A stretch of DNA of 64,000 bases from NCBI GenBank assembly GCA_958009085.1, contig OY253677.1, positions 1 through 64,000 of the forward strand, read 5' to 3'. How positions within the stretch are numbered: position 1 is the stretch's first letter; every line of letters starts with the position of its first letter. The DNA comes from Protoeuglena noctilucae (lineage: Eukaryota). This document shows positions 1-11,600 of this stretch, in pieces. The notes beneath the pieces are model-generated. The model did no database searches. It had not been told where the DNA came from and saw nothing but the letters and a program-made list of their open reading frames with translations. The position numbers were made by a program, and so were the translations under genes.

Positions 1-232
1 CTAACCCTAACCCTACCCTAACCCTAACCCTAACCCTAACCCTAACCCTAACCCTAACCCTAACCCTAACCCTAACCCTAACCCTAACCCTAACCCTAAC
101 CCTAACCCTAACCCTAACCCTAACCCTAACCCTAACCCTAACCCTAACCCTACCCTAACCCTACCCTAAACCTAACCCATCTAACCCTAAACTAACCCAA
201 AAAAACTAACCCTACCCTAACCTAACCCTACC
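1..232. repeat. Telomeric repeat array (CCCTAA)n, i.e. TTAGGG type, left chromosome end; degenerate units in the proximal ~80 bp
   Basis: Tandem CCCTAA from base 1. Variants (CCCTA, CCTAAA, CCCATCTAA, A-run) appear from ~150 to 232, then unique sequence starts. Confidence 0.98.
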
Positions 233-307
233 TTGCCTGGGAGTAGCCCACTCTTCTGCATTCACCGGCATGCGCAGTCACACCGCGCTCCTTCCCCATC
301 CCTGCAG

Positions 308-3300
308 CTCTTGACGCTAAGTGGTACGGTGGCGCAAACCAGAACGGGAGCAACTTCGGCATTTGCGTCGACGTGTATGCCCCCGGATACAACGACTTTG
401 CGGCATGTTCAGGGTCCACCTTACATTGCGCGACAAGCAACACGTCCTACATTGGTGACACTGGGACGAGCATGGCGGCCCCCGTGGTGGCAGGCGAGTG
501 GCAAAGAGGGACTCTGCGGTCGACACTGCGGGGTAGACTAGCAGACGAACGAAGGAACAGCGACCTCCTCCCCGCCTTCCACCTCGCAGGCATCGCTGCG
601 ACCTACCTGGGCCACTCGCCTGAGATCGATCGCTTTGCGCTCAAGTACCTGCTGACCAAGGGCAGCGTGGACGCAGCGCGGGTGCCGCCGTCCGGTGCGG
701 AGGTCAGCTCAGCCACCAACCAGAACCTCGTCTACTCGCTGCCCATGTCCAAGGTGCGGGATAGACACACATGCTGCGCCGGGCAGGCATGCGAGGCCTG
801 CCAGGCCAGGCCATTCATCGCCACTGCCCTGCGCCGCCGCAGAGGGTCATCGTCGCTTCCAAGCAGTCCATTTCCATCACGGCGTCCAACATGGCGCAGC
901 AGACCTTCACGGTGGCCCTGGTGCGCGCCCCCGCGTCAGGGGCGACCGTGACGGTGACCCTGAGCGTGGACCCTTCCGACATCGGCATCACGGCGTCCTT
1001 CAGCTCGTCCTCTACCGTCACGAGGTGGGCAGGCGGGAGGCGCCTCGACGGGTTCGCAGGGACGCGATCATTAGACGCTCACCTGTCACGCTTCGCCCCT
1101 CACCTTCGCCGCAGTGCGACCTTCACCTCCTCCGACACCTCCGCCAAGACCGTCTACGTGACCTTCAACATGGACAGCTCCGTGGCCCAGCGCCCCCTCT
1201 GGAGCTCCTCGGGCGCCACGGGGTCCACGAGCACCGTGTCGACCGACCGCGCCAGGCAAATGGGCGATCCCGTCAACTTTGTCGTGATCCAGACGCAAGT
1301 GACGAGCGGGACGGACGACTTCCTGAACAAGGGCATCTACGCTGTGTCCCTGCTCGACAAGCGCGAGCCCTACGGCGACGAGCGCGGTGAGGATCGGGTT
1401 GCTGTGAAGTAGGGGCAAAGCGCAGGCAACTCCGTGGGCGTGAAAGCCATACCTGCGACCCCGCGCTCGCAGACAACCCATACGTGATCACGTCACTGCC
1501 GTTCAACGGCTTCATCCACATGTCGGCCTTGGGCTACAAGATCTACCCCGACGCCAACCCGCACGCGCCACTCAACGGTGATAACGTCGACAAGATCCCC
1601 GGGGACAATAATCGGTCCGCCTTCTGTGACAGCAAGACGGGGTTCTCTTACGACTCGGACATGTGGTTCGCATTCAAAATCAAGAGCACGTTTGACTGCT
1701 CGGGCGCCACGTCCGCGTCACGGTGCTTCCTGCGTGTCCAGACATGCTCGAACAGGACGCAGAGCACGTCGACGTTCTTTCGCGGGCAGCAGACCGGGTG
1801 AGCGTCGAGGGATGGGTGTGCGTTTCATGCGGGGCCACCCTGCGCCGCTCTGGCCGTCGTGATGGGCCCGCTGCCGCCTCATCGCAGGTTCGACACGGTC
1901 GTGGCCGTGGGCAAGTACGACCCGACCACTAACAGCACGACGCTCCTGAACGTCATCGGCACGACCTTGAACGGCTCTGCCACGTGCATCGACGACATGT
2001 ACGACTACGACGGGGGCATGTCCTGGGCTTGCCCGAGCAACCCTTGTGAGTGCCGCGCGTTTCGCTGGCGTGCATCGTGCCCATTTCCACCGCCACGCTC
2101 ACCGGGACCCCAGATGTGAGCGTCGTCGTCCCTCTCTTGGGCGCAGACGCGTCCGAGTGGCCCAGCACGTCTGGCGCGTCCCCCGGGGTCCTCATCAGCA
2201 CCGACACGTGGTACCTGGTCTACGTGGGGTCCAAGGTGCAGACCAAGGTTGGCCCGTTCTCGGTGGAAAACCTGGGCATCCGCATCGAGATCAACGACGG
2301 CACGCTGGTCGACTCCACCAACAGCCTGTACAACGCGCGCACCGTCACCAGCGCCGACATGGAGACGGCCTACCCGCTTTGGGAGACGGTGGCGACGCTG
2401 AGGGTGTCGTACTCCCTTTTCATGTCCTCCCTCATCTCTCCGTCCACCTCTCCGTCGTCCTCGACCGTGGCGATGCAAGAGCAGCTCCCCTACACCTTGG
2501 TCGTCACGATCCCAAACGACATCTACAGCGACGGCTGGCTCAAGTGCGTCAATGTGGATGGCAATTTGGTGGTCACGCCCAAGAGCGGCTCTGCCATCGA
2601 CAGCAGCACCCTGCGAGTCGAGTCGGTGGCTGGCAGTGAATTGGCAGGGTTCTCTTTGTTCGCCGGGGGCGTCTCCACGTCGTACTGGGTTGGCTTGACC
2701 AACTATGCAATCTACGCCCCGTCCTTCTCGATCGTGTCGAAGAACCTGTCTGTGAACACCACCTCGGTGCTCCACTGCACGACGGGGGGCAGCCTCGCCC
2801 CGCGTGACTACTACGTGACCTTCGCCATCACCGACTCATGGACGCCGTGCGCCGACGCATCCTGCTCAAGGGTGCTGTCGTCCGACCCCAACGCACCCGA
2901 CGTGGTGGCACCCGGCGGCACGCTCAACGTCTACGTCAGCAACGGGACCAACAGTCAGACGACCGACGTGTACCTGTACTTCGCCTGCGCAACGACGACC
3001 ACATGCCTCACGAACTTCACCGGCACTGGCCCGGACACGTACACCTCGGGCTCGACCAGCTACAAGGGCGTCAAGATCTCGGGCAGCACTGCAGCCTTCA
3101 CGGGCGTGTACGGGACTCCGATCGTCTTCACGGCCAACGCCTCAGCCAGTTCTGCCACGGAGTTGGTGACCATCCAGACGTCCAACACCGACTCAACGAC
3201 GCACCACCCATACAATGCCAACATCTATGTCCGGGTCAACGTGGCGACGGTGACGTTCTACAGCGACTCGACCGGTGCCACGGCCGTGTCGACCAAGAGC

Positions 3301-6300
3301 GCGTGGCCGACGAGCATCGCCGAGGGGGCGACTCTGACGATCTATCCCCAGGTCAACCAGAACCTGGCGGCGACAGGCACGGTGGCGTGCACGACGACGT
3401 CCTCATCCATCACGGTCGGGGGGGCACTGACGGTCACGATGACGGGCACGGAGCTGACGGGCGACAGCAAGTGGCACAGCGGCGGCGTCTACTTGAGCGG
3501 GATCTCCGTGACGGCAAACGCAGTGACGGCGGACACGGGCGCCCTCGCCATCACCTGCGCCGGGACGGGCGGGGTGGCCACAGATCAAGTGACGCTGTAC
3601 GTGCAGGTGGTGGCCAAGGAGGCCAATCTGTCGTACTCTTACATCTGCGACTACCCCAGCTGCCTGGTGGCGTCGTACGTCACCAATCCGGGCTGGCTCA
3701 AGTTCGGAACATCGGTCGGCACACAGACGTCGTGGACTGTCGGGCAGACCTTGCTGATCTACCCGATGATCGACCGGGACATCGACAACGACGGGACCAT
3801 CACCTGCTACGCATCATGGAGCGGCAATGACACCAGCAAGCCATACGCAGTGTTAGGGAGCGGGTCGACGTACTCGACTGTGTCCACGTGCACGAACAGC
3901 GGCGTATGCCAGACGACCTCAGTCACCCTCTCGGTCAAGGCCATATCGGGCTCGGAGCTGGCGTCGACGACGGGGAGCTGGAGGAACTACGGCGTGTACG
4001 GGACCCCCATGACGATCACGGGCCTGATGTATGCCAACACCATCACGGTCACCTGCAGGGGGAGCGGGAACGACTCGCTGTCCACGGCGCCCTACAACTT
4101 CTACGTGCTTTTCACGCCCGCATCGGGAGCAAATTGGGTCACACCCTTTCGCATGTACACGTCCAACACTTCTCCTCCCCCCGACTCCAGTGCGGTGTCA
4201 GTCAACCCGGCATACCCCACCTCCATACCCAGCGGTAGCACCATCACCATCTATCCGACGCTGCAGTCGAGTCTCCCCAGCACGTCAACTGGCGGCTCCA
4301 TCACGTGCTCCACGCTGTCCACGGCTTTCTATCCCGACGCTGGCAAGCTGACCGTCAGCTCCTCGACGCTAGCAGTCCCCGGCCCCGCAGCGTCCAACTA
4401 CGTCGCAAGCGATTGGAGCGGCACGACGTACACCAAAGGCGTGACAATAACGGCGTCGAGCGTGACGGGCGACTCGGGTGTCATCGGCGTCGCCTGCATC
4501 GGGACCAGCGGAGGTGCCGTGTACCCGGTGAGCCCAGCGGGCGTCTACCTTTACTTCAAAGTCAAGACGAGCCTTCCGGGGGTGACGTACTACAGCGACG
4601 CAGCCGGCACGGCGGCCGTGTCGACCAGCAGCATTGCCCCCACGACCGTCAGTGCGGGCAGCACCCTGACCCTGTACCCGAGCTTCAGCAGTGCTCCAGC
4701 CAGCTCGTGGACCGTCACGTGCACCAGCTCAGATACCGCGTCACTCACGGTCTCCAACTCAGGCACTCTGACAAGCACCAGCACGAGCGCGGGCACGCAA
4801 ACGACAGGGCTGACGTTGAGCGCGCAGGCCGTGACGCAGGACAAGTTTGTGACGGTCACCTGCACTGGCGATGGCTCAGTGCTGGCTAGCACCTCGGTGC
4901 AGCTGTCGTTGACAGTGCAGTCGGCGGCAGCAGTCTTCACTCTCTACAGCAGCAACACCACGGCGAGCAGCACCACGGCAGTCTCGACCGTCATCACCAG
5001 CCCCACGTCCCTGGCAGAGGGGTCGACGCTGACCATTTACCCCAAGGCAGATCGCACCGTCGCAGCCAACGGGACGCTGACCTGCACCTCATCCTCGTCT
5101 TCCCTCACCGTCCAAGGCAGCCCACTCACAGTGTCCTCCACCTCCAGCAACTGGGTCAATGGCCTGTGCCAGTCGGGCATTACACTCCAGGCACAGCAAG
5201 TGGATTCAGACACAGGGGCGACTGTTACGTGCTCGGGGGACGGGACGGGGCTGCAGTCGACGGCGGTGACGCTGTACGTGAAGGTGACGAACGTTCCGGC
5301 AGCGCTGACGTTCTACACGGACACGGGGGGGACGACGGGCGTGTCGACAGCATCAGGCACGTACACGTCTGTGACGGAGGGGGCGTCGGTGACGGTGTAC
5401 GTCAAGGTGGGGTCGCACATCGGGAGCGACGGGACGGTGACGTGCATGGTGGGCAGCGGGCTGCCGGTGACGCTGACGGGGTCGCCGCTGACGGTGGCCT
5501 CCTCAGCGAGCGCGGCGAGCGGGGCGTGGGTGTACACGGCGGGGGACATCACGGTGACGGGGGGCACGGAGAGCAGCGACACGACGGGGACGGTGACGTG
5601 CGTGGGGGACGGGACGGTGCTGTCGAGCACGGCAGTGACGCTGTACTGGAAGGTGGTGAACGTGGCGCCGGCCACGGTGACGTACTTCACGGACAGCGCC
5701 GCGACCCACGCGGCATCGGCGTCGTCGTGCTCGCCGACGGAGATCGGAAGCGGCCAGAGCGCGTCCTTCTATCTGAAGGTCAGCGCGGACATTGCGAACA
5801 ACGGCACGATCACGTGCACCACGACGGCCACCTCGTTGCAGCTGACCATCACCAACAGCCCGCTGACGGTGACGGCGATTAGCGGGTCGGAGGTGTCGGC
5901 CACGTCGGGCGGGTGGAACGCCGGGGTGTACCAGACGGGCATCACGCTGACGGCCGCGTCCTTGACGACGAGCTCAGGGTCCGTCTCGGTGACTTGCGCG
6001 GGGAACGGGGCCACGTTAGACTCGACGGCCGTGACGTTCTGGGTGGACGTGCAGGGCAGCAGCGGGGCCGGGGTGACGTACTACACAGACGCAGCAGGGA
6101 CGACCGCGGCATCGACGTCCTCGGCCGCACCCACCATCATCACCACGGGATCGAGCGCGACCCTGTACCCGAAGATCAACGCCAACCTGTCTGCAACCGA
6201 CACCATCATGTGCACGAGCTCGGACACGTCTGTGGTCACAGTGGGCAACAGCGGGAGCCTGACGGTGGCGGGGACGACGGACTCGGGGGCACAGCTGTGC

Positions 6301-8384
6301 ACCAGCGACACGACGTGGAAGGCGGGGGTCCAGCAGACAGGGATCACCCTGACCGCAGGCAGCTCGGCAGGCACTGCGACGGTCACTTGCAGCGGGGGCG
6401 GCACAGCGGTGTCATCCGTACCTACCCTCCTGTACTTCGCAGCGTCAACGCCATCTGCTGGGGCGACGCAGACAGCAAGCCCCACGCCAGCGGCAACTGC
6501 GACGGCAACATCCACGCCGACTGTGGCCACGCCTGCAGCGACTGCGACGGCAACACCCACGCCGACTGTGGCCACGCCTGCAGCGACTGCGACGGCAGCA
6601 CCCACGCCGACTGTGGCCACGCCTGCAGCGACTGCGACGGCAACACCCACGCCGACTGTGGCCACGCCTGCAGCGACTGCGACGGCAACACCCACGCCGA
6701 CTGTGGCCACGCCTGCAGCGACTGCGACGGCAACACCCACGCCGACTGTGGCCACGCCTGCGCCGACTGTGGCCACGCCTGCAGCGACTGCGACGGCAAC
6801 ACCCACGCCGACTGTGGCCACGCCTGCGCCGACTGTGGCCACGCCTGTAGCGACTGCGACGGCAACACCCACGCCGACTGTGGCCACGCCTGCAGCGACT
6901 GCGACGGCAACACCCACGCCGACTGTGGCCACGCCTGCGCCGACTGTGGCCACGCCTGCAGCGACTGCGACGGCAACACCCACGCCGACTGTGGCCACGC
7001 CTGTGCCGACTGTGGCCACGCCTGCAGCGACTGCGACGGCAACACCCACGCCGACTGTGGCCACGCCTGCAGCGACTGTGGCCACGCCTGCAGCGACTGC
7101 GACGGCAACACCCACGCCGACTGTGGCCACGCCTGCAGCGACTGCGACGGCAACACCCACGCCGACTGTGGCCACGCCTGCGCCGACTGTGGCCACGCCT
7201 GCAGCGACTGCGACGGCAACACCCACGCCGACTGTGGCCACGCCTGTGCCGACTGTGGCCACGCCTGCAGCGACTGCGACGGCAACACCCACGCCGACTG
7301 TGGCCACGCCTGCAGCGACTGCGACGGCAACACCCACGCCGACTGTGGCCACGCCTGCAGCGACTGCGACGGCAACACCCACGCCGACTGTGGCCACGCC
7401 TGCTGGGACTTCGATTGCAAGTTTAACACCTGCGGCTACACCAGCGGTGGTGGTATCGGCCTCCCCGACACCTTATTTTGTCCCCGCGTTCACACCTGCC
7501 GCCCCGCTTCCTGCAAAGCAACCTTCCCCCGCGACCGCTGTTTCTGGTTCAGATTTGGCAATCAACGTTTACTACGTCCTTCCCCAGTCGGATGCCGGCG
7601 CAGTTACTCTTTCCTCCATAAAGGAAAGCGTTCAGGCCGAACTCTCTTCTCTTACAGCTTATCGTGTCGTCGACGTCACAGTGTATCTCTCTCCCCCCAC
7701 TGGCCGCAAGCTAGCATCAGACGCTGGCGACGCAACCCTCGTTGCGTCTGTGAAGCTCGAGGCCAAGGACAGTGTCTCATCAACCTCGCTCGCGCCCATG
7801 AGCGCCGTCAGTGCGGTCCAGGCTGGGGTGGAGAAAAAGTTACAGGGCGTCGTGACTTTCCAGAGGGGCGACCCTCCGTATGCCATCGAGCAATCTGCCC
7901 CCTTTTCTCCCCTGGCAAGCCCGGCGCAAGTGAGGGTAAGGGTCGACGCTGGCTCAGCCCGGACGCACTGCTCACCTGCAGCAAGGAAGTCTCATCGTCC
8001 CCGGCCTGTGACACCCGCAGGCTCGCCAGGGTCGCCCGCCCGCACTCCCGACGCTGCCCTTCGCAGTTGGCGTGCCGTGCGTCGTGGCAGCGCTCGTCGC
8101 AGCCACCGGTGCCGTCGTGTACGTCCGCCGCGGCAGAGGCCGCGTCACTGCCGAGGGTGAGCCCTGCCACGTCTCACACCTGCACATGCAGCCAGGGATG
8201 CGCTCAAGCAAAGCATGCCCTCGGTGGTCCCCTCGCAGTGTGTGAGGACGTCCCATCGGTGCACATGTCTACTCCAGCGCCCCCTCCTGCACCCCCTCCC
8301 CCCGTGGAGCCTTACATGGCCCACCTCGAGGCGTATTTGATGTGGGACGATGAGCCAGGCGCTTCTCAAGTACCCTCTAACTAA
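308..8384 (+). CDS. 5'-truncated giant type-I membrane protein: C-terminal half of a subtilisin/proteinase-K-like (S8) domain, ~9 beta-rich ~120-aa repeats, mucin-like Thr/Pro/Ala stalk, SEA-like region with RKL motif, TM helix, short tail
   Basis: Exon 308-493 reads SNFGICVDVYAPG...GTSMAAPVVAG and splices to IAATYLG (S8 catalytic Ser motif). Introns at 494-589 (GC-AG), 754-843, ~1025-1114, ~1387-1472, ~1798-1887, 2046-2145, 7930-8020, 8157-8238. Large exon 2146-7929. TM segment LPFAVGVPCVVAALVAATGAVVYV followed by RRGRGR at ~8057-8140; stop TAA at 8384. Confidence 0.85.
6481..7405 (+). repeat. Coding minisatellite: 45-nt unit (TPTVATPAATATATP) interspersed with 21-nt subunits (PTVATPA); mucin-like stalk
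   Basis: Near-identical repeats of ACGCCGACTGTGGCCACGCCTGCAGCGACTGCGACGGCAACACCC, in frame with the 2036-aa ORF. Confidence 0.95.
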
Positions 8385-8698
8385 TCCTCTCCGTTTCCGT
8401 GACCTTGAGAAGCGACCCTAGCGATGTAGCCACTGCACAGCGTGATCAGCGGGTAGGGTTGCCAAGAGGCGCCTGCCTGCCTAGCCTTTTAACGTCTAGA
8501 AGCGAACCACACTGCGCTATTGCAGCCCGAAAACAACTCTTGCCTGAACCGGCAGCTGTCGCGCTCTCGCGCAGCAGGATGCACGCTCCACCTCTGTGCA
8601 CCTGAGCGGCCCGCGAAAGACGCCATCGCGGCTTCACTGGGCGGGCGACGGCGCCCCGCAACGCACAGACCAGTGCAATCGAAGCAGATCCCGTCGCC

Positions 8699-11600
8699 AT
8701 GGCGGCAGCGGCGCAGGAGGCGGCGCGGGAGCAGGCCGCTGCGCTGCTGAACAACGCGCGCATGGGCGGGAACGCGAATGCCAAGGTCAGGGACGGCTGC
8801 GGATTGTTCGACACAAACCGTGCTTCTGGATGGATTCCGGAGGCCGCAGGCCGCCACATGGACTGGAGCAGCTGCGTCGTGGATCCCCGCACAATGGACA
8901 GCGCCGCAGCCGCGGCTCACGTCGGATGCCCGCGGCCCTGTGCTAGTGGAGCTATGCTGCGACACGGGGAGCACGCGCGGCAGGCGCGGGCGTCCCGATC
9001 TCCGCCCGTCGCCCGATGCTCGCACTGTGCTTGTACCGTGCTGGTCTTTCGTGCGCCTTTGGAAGCGCCCATTGACGTCGCAGGGGGATGTCGCCTTAAT
9101 CACCATAGCTGCACCGCCCATCGACGATTTCCGGACCTGGCGGGCGTGTTGAGCTCACGTTGAACATCCGTGGCGGTTTTGCTGCGCCGCCCTGCGCTCC
9201 GCCGTCCCCGGTGCCCCCTCCGCGTGACTCAAACTCAGTCAATTTACTGCCCGCAGGCGGCGGCCATTCAGCAGTTGGTCGAGATCACCCGGCGCAATGC
9301 CGCGCTGGCCGAGGAGGTGGCCCCGGAGATCGCGGACTTCTGCGCCGACCGGGTGAGGGGCAGCGGATGCATCTGCAAGCCATGCCGTCTCCCTTTCCAG
9401 GCCGCGCGGCCCGGGGCCGGGTCTCCTGCCGCGAGCCGAGCGCCGCAAGCCCCGCCAGCCCCGCCCCGCCCCCGTTCCCAGGCCCCCTCCGTGCGCCGCC
9501 GCATGCTGGACGCTTTGGAGTCGATGTCGCGGGTGTGTCCATCGCCGACAGTGCTGGCGGTGGCCATGCGGGGCGTGCTGGGCGTGATGGGCGACGCTGC
9601 GGGGGGCGCCGCGGTGCAGGCGCACGCGGTGTCGGTGGGGGCGGCGCTGTTCCCGGCGGCGCTGGGGGTGACGGCGAGGCTGGGGGGGCGGGACCCGGCG
9701 CCGGAGCCGGTGCAGCGCATGTGGCAGGCGGCGTGCGCGTGCAAGGAGCTGGCCCTGGACCTGGCGCAGTCGGAGCAGGTGAGGGGCAGCAGAGAGATGG
9801 GGTAGAGAGAGAGAGATGTATGGTGCAGAGCAGGTGAGGGGGAGGGGGAGAGAAAGGGCTTTGGTGGCAGCGGCAGGGGAGAGGTGCCGGTCGAGGCACC
9901 CTGGCAGTCCGTGTCATCTCGCCACATGCCTGCTCCCTCCCCATTGCTCCCAGGGCTCCGCGTGGGTGCGCGTGGCGGCCGTGCGCTTCGTGGAGCTGCT
10001 GGTGCGGCTGTACACGGGGGACACGGTGCCGGCCGCGCCCGCCCCGGGGGCCCCGGAGCCACAGCGGCTGCCGGCGGACCACGCGCTGTTGGGGTCGGCG
10101 GAGATGGCGAGGGAGGCGGACGCCAAGGTGGGGGATGCCGGGCATGCGCTCACCCAATCCCATCCGCTGCCCCTCCCCTCCCACTTCCCCACCTAGGTCG
10201 ACGCCCCCCCTCCCTCTCCTCTTCCCCGTACCATGCCTCTCCCCTCTCCTTTTCCCCATGCCTCTCCCCTCTTCTCTCTTGTCCCCTGTACCCCTCCCCT
10301 CTCCTCTCCTCTCCCCAGCTCGACGCCCTCCTCTCCCTCCTCTCCTCCCCCTCATCCCCCGCGTCTGTCGCCCTGGCCGCCATGTCTGCCGCGGCAGGGG
10401 TCGTGGGGGAGCGGCCACGGGCGGCACTGCGCGTGCTGCCGGCCCTCACACGCCTCGCACAGCAGGTGAGGGGACGCGCATGCATGGTGGTTGTGGATAG
10501 ACGCGCATGCGTGGTGGTGGGTAACCACACATGCGTGGCTTGTGCAGCGAGTTGTGGGTGCTGTGGCGCACAAGTGCCTTCCCTCTCCCCCCCCAGCTCG
10601 GCCGCGATTGGTCCAAGGCCGGCCCGGGCGGTGGCACCCGCGCCGCCTCCCTCGCCCACGCCCTCCGTGTCTCGTTGGTGCGGTCGATGCGGTCGACGGA
10701 CGCCATGCTGGCAGCGTGGAGGGGCAAGTTGGCCAGGGCGATGGAGGCGGTGGGGTTCGCGGCGGAGGCAGACAAGGAGAGCCGGTGAGGGGGAGTGGGT
10801 GATGCAGTGGGTGATGGAGTGGGTGATGGATTGGGGGAGTAGGTGACTGCGATGCATGGCGCAGGGGTGGGCCGGGTGCAGACGCGACCCCTGCATCCGC
10901 ACTCCCGACACTCCGCTGCATCTCTGCGTTGCATGTCTGAGCTACGAACATCCCGTCGACTGCCATCTGTGCCCGTCCCCTCGCAGTGCCGCGCAGAGGA
11001 GATCCGAGCGGGCGCGTCCCCCCAGCGACAGGTGGGTGCTTCACAAGCCAGGCTGTCTCTGCTCATCTGCCCCAGTGCTCATCTGCCCCCCTCTCACCCC
11101 TCTCACCCCTCTCACCCCTCTCACCCACTTGCCAATCTGCAGGTCCGACTCCGCGCCCCCTCGCTCCTCTGCCCAAGAGGCCACGGCAGACGCGCCACGC
11201 CCACCCACGCCCCCTCTCCCGCCCGTCTCCGCCCCCACCCCCCCGCCCCCTCCCCTGCCGCCCCACGACCTGCATGCGCGGGTGGCGGCGGGGCTGGCGG
11301 CAGCGAGCGCCATGGGGCAGGCAAGGGACGGGGCGGCAGCCGGGAGGTGGGCGGCGTCGGCCCATCCCCAGGTGCTGGCGGAGGTGGTGGTGGCGCTGCT
11401 GGGGACGCTGCCGGACACGGCGCCGGGGGGGGCAGCGGCCGGGGGTGAGCCGGGGCTGGTGGGCCTCATCCGCATGCTGGGGCTGGCGGGGAGCGGAGAG
11501 GGGGGGGGGCTGCCTGGGTCCGCGGACGCCACGCAGCCGAACGGTGACGAGGCATCACGCGGGGCAGTAACGCAGGGGACGGTGGGGGCAACGGCAGCGG

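Noticed and set aside
6481..7405. Possible CRISPR-like array
   Set aside because: Tandem coding repeat with no unique spacers, in a eukaryotic gene.
5913..8384. 823-aa Cys/His-rich ORF (THADCGHACSDCDGN repeats) and two minus-strand repeat ORFs
   Set aside because: Shadow frames of the stop-free 45-nt minisatellite. The Thr/Pro/Ala frame is continuous with the surface protein. Only the last exon (8239-8384) uses this frame.
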